From Syntrophus aciditrophicus (lineage in GTDB: Bacteria > Desulfobacterota > Syntrophia > Syntrophales > UBA5619): a DNA stretch of 45,284 nt. The translations under genes were made by a program, and so were the position numbers. Shown here piece by piece: positions 39,601 to 45,284 of the stretch (its first letter is position 1; every line of letters starts with the position of its first letter). The notes under the pieces are model-generated. The model made no database searches. It saw only the letters and a program-made list of their open reading frames with translations, and was not told where the DNA came from. The stretch lies in assembly GCA_020722315.1 (NCBI GenBank), contig DYLD01000004.1, forward strand, positions 1 to 45,284. Direction: 5' to 3'.

Positions 39601-40083
39601 CATGCTGATCGCGGCGTCCATGTCTTCTCTCAAAATACAGGCCGGTATTTCTCCATGCAGGCATGCGCTCATGCCGATCAGTCCTTCGTGATATTTTCTT
39701 AGGATTTCCTTGTCTATGCGCGGCTTGTAATAAAATCCTTCTAGAAACGACAGCGTCGATAATTTCATCAGGTTCTTATACCCCTGCATATCGGAGGCGA
39801 GCACAATCAGATGGTATGCGTTTTCCGCGGTTGACGACGCAGATTTATCCGTGCGTGAATGGGGCGCCACATACATCTCGCAGCCGATGATGGGTTTTAT
39901 CCCGTGTTTGATCGCCTGTTTGTAAAAATCAATCGCTCCGTACATATTCCCGTGGTCGGTGATCGCAACGGACTTCATCCCGTACGCCCCGGCCTTTTCA
40001 AAGAGGTCTTCCAGACGGATCATTCCGTCCAGGAGGCTGTACTGCGTGTGAACATGAAGATGAACAAAATCATTAGTTTCCAT
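36616..40083 (-). CDS. dnaE: DNA polymerase III alpha subunit
   Basis: PHP domain HLHVHTQYSLLDG, GRGSAAGS, MPDIDTDF, KFDFLGL, YGFNKSH; no intein-sized insertion. Confidence 0.98.
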   Translation of the reverse strand: METNDFVHLHVHTQYSLLDGMIRLEDLFEKAGAYGMKSVAITDHGNMYGAIDFYKQAIKHGIKPIIGCEMYVAPHSRTDKSASSTAENAYHLIVLASDMQGYKNLMKLSTLSFLEGFYYKPRIDKEILRKYHEGLIGMSACLHGEIPACILREDMDAAISMARQYSEIFGEGNFFLEIMENGIPEQKRVNQALIEIGRKLQIPLVATNDCHYLNREDAEAHEVLLCIQTGKTLKDTDRMRFSTDQFYFRSPEEMKELFSYCPEAIENTAKIAERCNLSLELGKFYLPTFEVGTDENLDRLLEKKATEGLEVLLPKLLRDEKKDLEETYRKRLARELAMIRSMGFSGYFLIVADFIEHARQNNIPVGPGRGSAAGSLVAYAIGITKIDPIRYSLFFERFLNPDRISMPDIDTDFCPEGRDQIISYVTNKYGADKVSQIITFGKMQARAVIRDVGRAMGMAYGEVDRIAKLIPNVLNIKLEDAIKTEQRLKDEQKNNPQIKKLIDLSKKLEGLNRHSSTHAAGVVISDIPLVERIPLARSPKGDVVTQFAMNEISDIGLTKFDFLGLKTLTVINSAVRYIKEGRGISLDMDNLPLDDRQTYEMLIRGDTDGIFQLESSGMKDVLVKMKPDCIEDIIALIALYRPGPMDNIPEFISRKQGKTKIIYETPELEAILKETYGVIVYQEQVMQIAVAIGGYTLSEADTLRKVMSKKKTDEMESREKPKFIAGAKSNNIPERKALKIWEQMETFGKYGFNKSHSTAYAIVSYQTAYLKAHYPAEFMAALLTSEKDNRDKIINHISSCREMGIKVLPPDINESGKDFSVVGNHIRFGLAAVKNVGVGAIEAIIQARNTGGPFPSFVDFCDRIDLRKINKRVIESLIKCGAFDSTGNNRRQLMTSYEAIIEWTQKRRREKASTQANLLEQLEGGEQAGGSNNQNGYMLPDIPEWDNNELLGFEKETIGFYLSGHPLLPYTARLNMIVTADSSTVVHRRDRESVTIAGTVSSIREIQTKRKEKMASLVLEDLKGSINIVVFPDIYKNNHNLLHEDKPIVIKGLVDAGDENIKVIASEISSLADVSTKTYSAAYFTINTKKTTVDDVKSLRECLAKYAGRQEVFIKLLDRQCETLIYLGDDMKIDISPTMKSEVETILGSGSISFV

Positions 40084-40084
40084 C

Positions 40085-41560
<1,476 letters not shown>

Positions 41561-42007
41561 CTAAAATATCTGCCTGCTGTCCAGCAGGATCGTTACAGGC
41601 CCGTCATTGGTGAGCGTCACTCTCATCATCGCCTTAAATTCACCCTTTGCGACCCGGACATGTCTTCCGGCCTGTTTCGCCAGATAATCATACAAAAAAA
41701 GAGCCCGTTCGGGTTTCTCCGCGTGGGTATAAGAGGGCCTTCTCCCGTTTCTGCAATCCGCCAGAAGTGTGAACTGGGATACGAGCAGCATTTCCCCGCT
41801 GATATCGAGCAGGGAAAGATTCATCTTTTTGTTTTCATCATCGAATATTCGAAGATGGATGATCTTTTCACAGAGATAATCCGCATCCGACTCATTGTCC
41901 TCGGCGGCAACGCCGAGAAAAACAAGAATCCCTCTGCCTATTTGCGCTACAATACGGTCACTTACCGCAACTTGCGCCTTTTCGACCCTCTGCAAAACCG
42001 CCCGCAT
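41561..42007 (-). CDS. dtd: D-aminoacyl-tRNA deacylase
   Basis: MRAVLQRV, SQFTL, NDGPVT. Start moved to ATG 42007. Confidence 0.95.
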   Translation of the reverse strand: MRAVLQRVEKAQVAVSDRIVAQIGRGILVFLGVAAEDNESDADYLCEKIIHLRIFDDENKKMNLSLLDISGEMLLVSQFTLLADCRNGRRPSYTHAEKPERALFLYDYLAKQAGRHVRVAKGEFKAMMRVTLTNDGPVTILLDSRQIF

Positions 42008-42157
42008 AGCAAAAAATCCTTCTAATTTTTTTATGCTATCAATAATCAACAACGGCTTCAAGCTATTTCTCTGGTTGATTTATTTCTGTTGAGTTTTATT
42101 GGCATTTATGGTAATCGCTCCAGACTTTATTGGAGTGTGTCTGGGGATTAAACGGCT

Positions 42158-43411
42158 ATGGAGATCATAAATTCCGTTAAAGGATTCAGGGATATACTTC
42201 CGCCGGAAACGGACAAATGGCGGCGCGTCGAAGAAACGGCTTATGAGGTTTTCCAGGCCTTCGGCTTCAGGGAAATACGGATTCCGTTGCTTGAAAAAAC
42301 CCAACTGTTCAGCCGTGGAATCGGTGAGTCGACCGACATTGTCGAAAAGGAGATGTACACGTTTAATGACAGGGGCGAGGAGTCTCTCACGTTGAGACCG
42401 GAGGCTACCGCTTCGGTCGTCCGCGCCTATATTGAGCACAACATCCATGTTGTCGAGCCGATCAGTAAACTCTTCACGATCGGGCCGATGTTCAGACGGG
42501 AAAGGCCGCAAAAGGGACGTTTCCGGCAGTTCCACCAGATAGACGCAGAGATACTCGGCACGGACGATCCGCATGCCGATGGGGAGTTGCTTGTTTTGCT
42601 GACGCATTTTCTGAAAAAACTCGGGCTTTCCCATATCCGTCTCGAAATCAATTCGTTGGGCTGTCCGAAATGCCGCCCGGCCTTTCAAAAGGCCGTTGTT
42701 TCGTTTCTCCAGGGCCGTGAGGATGAACTCTGCCCCGATTGCCGTCGGCGTATGAAAACCAATCCGTTGAGGGTGTTTGACTGTAAAGTGGAAAGCTGCG
42801 CCGCCGTAATTTCGGAGGCGCCGAAGCTGCCCGATTTTCTCTGCGCGGATTGCCGGCAGCATTTTGAAACTGTTCAGGAATCGCTTCATCTTTTCAATCT
42901 TCCTTTTAAGCTTAACCCGAAGATGGTCAGGGGCCTGGACTACTACACCCGGACGACATTCGAAATTACAGCCGAGCATCTCGGCGCGCAGAACGCCGTT
43001 GTCGGAGGTGGTCGCTACGATCATCTCGTCCGGGATCTCGGCGGCCCTGATATCCCAGGCATCGGTTTTGCGATTGGTTTTGAGAGGCTTGTTTCACTGG
43101 TTCCTGACAAAGACGAAAGTAAGGGTCCGCTGTTATTTATCGCACCGCTCGGGGAGGAGGCATTGAAAAGGGCCTTTTTGCTTTGTAATGAATTGCGGAT
43201 GGAGAACCTTCCTGTCGAGATGGACTATACCGGGCGCAGCCTTAAAAGCCAGATGAAGACGGCCGACAGACTGAAGAGCGCCTATACGCTGATTTTAGGC
43301 GACAACGAGCTGAAAGCGAACAAGGCGCTGCTTAGAGACATGAAGTCAGGTTTACAGAGTGATGTCAATTTAGCGTCATCCAAAGAAATCATCATGAAAC
43401 TAAAGAGGTAG
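42158..43411 (+). CDS. hisS: Histidine--tRNA ligase
   Basis: KEMYTF, LRPEATA, FRRERPQKGRFRQF, RGLDYY, GGRYD. Confidence 0.97.
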   Translation: MEIINSVKGFRDILPPETDKWRRVEETAYEVFQAFGFREIRIPLLEKTQLFSRGIGESTDIVEKEMYTFNDRGEESLTLRPEATASVVRAYIEHNIHVVEPISKLFTIGPMFRRERPQKGRFRQFHQIDAEILGTDDPHADGELLVLLTHFLKKLGLSHIRLEINSLGCPKCRPAFQKAVVSFLQGREDELCPDCRRRMKTNPLRVFDCKVESCAAVISEAPKLPDFLCADCRQHFETVQESLHLFNLPFKLNPKMVRGLDYYTRTTFEITAEHLGAQNAVVGGGRYDHLVRDLGGPDIPGIGFAIGFERLVSLVPDKDESKGPLLFIAPLGEEALKRAFLLCNELRMENLPVEMDYTGRSLKSQMKTADRLKSAYTLILGDNELKANKALLRDMKSGLQSDVNLASSKEIIMKLKR

Positions 43412-43414
43412 AAT

Positions 43415-45193
43415 TTGTCTGATTTTTTAAAACGATACATCCGAACCCATTATTGCGGGGATTTGAACGAGTCGGATATCGGAAAAACCGTTGTTCTGAT
43501 GGGCTGGGTTCATCGCCGGCGCGATCACGGCGGGGTTGTATTTGTTGACCTCAGGGATCGCGAGGGTATCGTCCAGGTTGTATTCAACCCCGATTACAGT
43601 GCAAAGACGCATCAGGAGGCAGGCAGAATCAGAAGCGAGTTTGTGATCGGCATCCATGGCGTTGTCCGCAGGCGGCCGGAGGGGATGGAAAATCCCGAAC
43701 TGAAAACGGGGGTGACCGAGGTTTTCGCCGATGAGCTTGAGATTTTCAGCGAGGCGAGGACGCCCCCCTTTGTCCTCGAGAAGTCGATCGATTTATCCGA
43801 GAACATACGCCTCAAATACCGCTACCTTGATCTACGCCGCCCTGAGATGCAGAAGAAGCTGATACTGCGGAGCCGTGTCGCGATGGCGACGCGTCAATAT
43901 TTCCACAGAAACGGCTTTATTGAAATTGAGACGCCGTTTCTTACAAAAAGCACCCCGGAGGGTGCCAGGGATTATCTTGTTCCGAGCAGAATCAATCAGG
44001 GGATGTTCTACGCGCTGCCACAGTCACCGCAGCTTTTCAAGCAGTTGTTGATGGTTTCCGGATTCGACAGGTATTACCAGATTGTCAAATGCTTCCGCGA
44101 TGAGGACCTCCGCGCCGACCGTCAACCGGAGTTCACCCAGATAGATGTCGAGATGTCGTTCGTTACTGAGGAGCAAATCATAAGCTTGATAGAAGGCCTG
44201 ATTTCCGAACTTTTTTCCAACTGTCTGGGACGCAGCCTGACCCTCCCCTTTCCCCGCCTTTCCTGGCAGGATGCGATCGATAAGTACGGCAAGGATAATC
44301 CCGATCTCCGTTTTGGCATGGAAATCCGCGACCTCACTGATATACTGAAAAATTCCGGATTCAAGTTGTTTTCCGAGATTACAGCCAAGGGTGGAGTCGT
44401 CAAGGCGATAAAGGTTGACGACGCAAAAAAACTCTCGCGAAAAGATCTTGATGACCTAAAAGGATTCGTATCCGCATACGGTGCCGGGGGGCTGGCCTGG
44501 GCAAGGATCGGCCCCGAAGGCTGGACTTCTCCTATCTTCAAGTATCTCCGCCCTGAAGAGGTAAGGGCAGTGAACGAGAGAATGGGTGCAGGCGAGGGAT
44601 CCGTTATCCTCTTTGTTGCCGACTCTCCGCAAATTGTCCGGGATTCCCTTGGGAATCTGCGTGTTCATCTGGCGAAAAAGTTGGGTCTTATTGATCCCGG
44701 TGCACTGGCCTTTGTCTGGGTTACGGGGTTTCCTCTTTTCGAGTACAGCGAAGCGGAAAAGAGGTTTGTCTCAACGCATCACCCGTTTACTGCGCCTGTA
44801 TCCGAGGAGATAGATTACATTGAAACCGAACCGGCCAGGGTGCATGCACGGGCCTACGATCTGGTATTGAACGGCTCCGAGATCGGCGGCGGAAGTATAC
44901 GGATCCACCAGAAAGAGTTGCAGGCCAGAATCTTCCACGCGCTGGGATTGACCGTCGAAGAGGTGAGGAACAAATTTGGGTTTTTTCTCGATGCGCTCGA
45001 GTACGGCGCTCCCCCGCACGGAGGAATCGCATTCGGACTTGACCGTTTGGTGATGCTTATGGCCGGGGCGGAATCGATACGAGACGTCATCGCATTCCCG
45101 AAAACGCAAAAGGCGACATGCCTATTGACAGATGCGCCGTCAAGTGTAAGCATACAGCAGCTTATGGAGCTCTCGCTCAAGATTGTTTCGTAG
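43415..45193 (+). CDS. aspS: Aspartate--tRNA ligase, probably non-discriminating (Asp/Asn)
   Basis: [48 protein letters not shown]; RRDHGG and RPEG resemble the non-discriminating signature. Confidence 0.96.
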   Translation: MSDFLKRYIRTHYCGDLNESDIGKTVVLMGWVHRRRDHGGVVFVDLRDREGIVQVVFNPDYSAKTHQEAGRIRSEFVIGIHGVVRRRPEGMENPELKTGVTEVFADELEIFSEARTPPFVLEKSIDLSENIRLKYRYLDLRRPEMQKKLILRSRVAMATRQYFHRNGFIEIETPFLTKSTPEGARDYLVPSRINQGMFYALPQSPQLFKQLLMVSGFDRYYQIVKCFRDEDLRADRQPEFTQIDVEMSFVTEEQIISLIEGLISELFSNCLGRSLTLPFPRLSWQDAIDKYGKDNPDLRFGMEIRDLTDILKNSGFKLFSEITAKGGVVKAIKVDDAKKLSRKDLDDLKGFVSAYGAGGLAWARIGPEGWTSPIFKYLRPEEVRAVNERMGAGEGSVILFVADSPQIVRDSLGNLRVHLAKKLGLIDPGALAFVWVTGFPLFEYSEAEKRFVSTHHPFTAPVSEEIDYIETEPARVHARAYDLVLNGSEIGGGSIRIHQKELQARIFHALGLTVEEVRNKFGFFLDALEYGAPPHGGIAFGLDRLVMLMAGAESIRDVIAFPKTQKATCLLTDAPSSVSIQQLMELSLKIVS

Positions 45194-45229
45194 GTTTTCG
45201 CTTACGGGCAAAAAGGCTGCCGACCGAGA

Positions 45230-45284
45230 GAGACCTTTGAAAAATGGTGCCTGAAGCGCAAATTTATTGATTTTTCTTAGGTAC
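45230..45284. repeat. Second copy of the MITE-like element, inverted and truncated by the window end
   Basis: 45230-45276 matches the reverse complement of 10012-10058 at 43 of 47 positions (hand alignment); starts with GAGACCTTTGAAAAA. Confidence 0.85.

Noticed and set aside
42080-43024. 314-aa minus-strand ORF
   Set aside because: Antisense shadow of hisS

Overview
A 45 kb core-genome window, most likely from a Syntrophales-type deltaproteobacterium (inferred from gene content). It holds the 3' end of tRNA-Asp, lnt, prfB with its +1 programmed frameshift, a LysM lytic transglycosylase, ybeY and phoH, a B12-binding radical SAM gene, comEC divergent from a PilS/PilR-like pair, and a Liv-type ABC operon with an embedded acyl-CoA ligase. 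The rest is housekeeping: recJ, rpmB, pfk, purN, purM, recG, hom-apgM, thioesterase, TPR protein, DnaJ class B, UPF0280, dnaE, guaB, dtd, hisS, aspS. The main signals lie outside the ORF track: (1) a ~170-nt rod-shaped ncRNA with its own promoter and U-tract (6849-7022, minus), most likely 6S RNA in an unusual context; (2) a 192-bp fold-back MITE-like element with IS5/IS1106-like ends (9867-10058), with a second copy truncated at the window end; (3) a XerCD dif-like site (35794-35821); (4) a MerR-like HTH fused to a degenerate class III nucleotide cyclase domain, with operator-like repeats upstream; (5) candidate structured leaders upstream of the ABC operon and purM. I found no CRISPR array, prophage or defence island. 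All calls were made by eye, without database searches.
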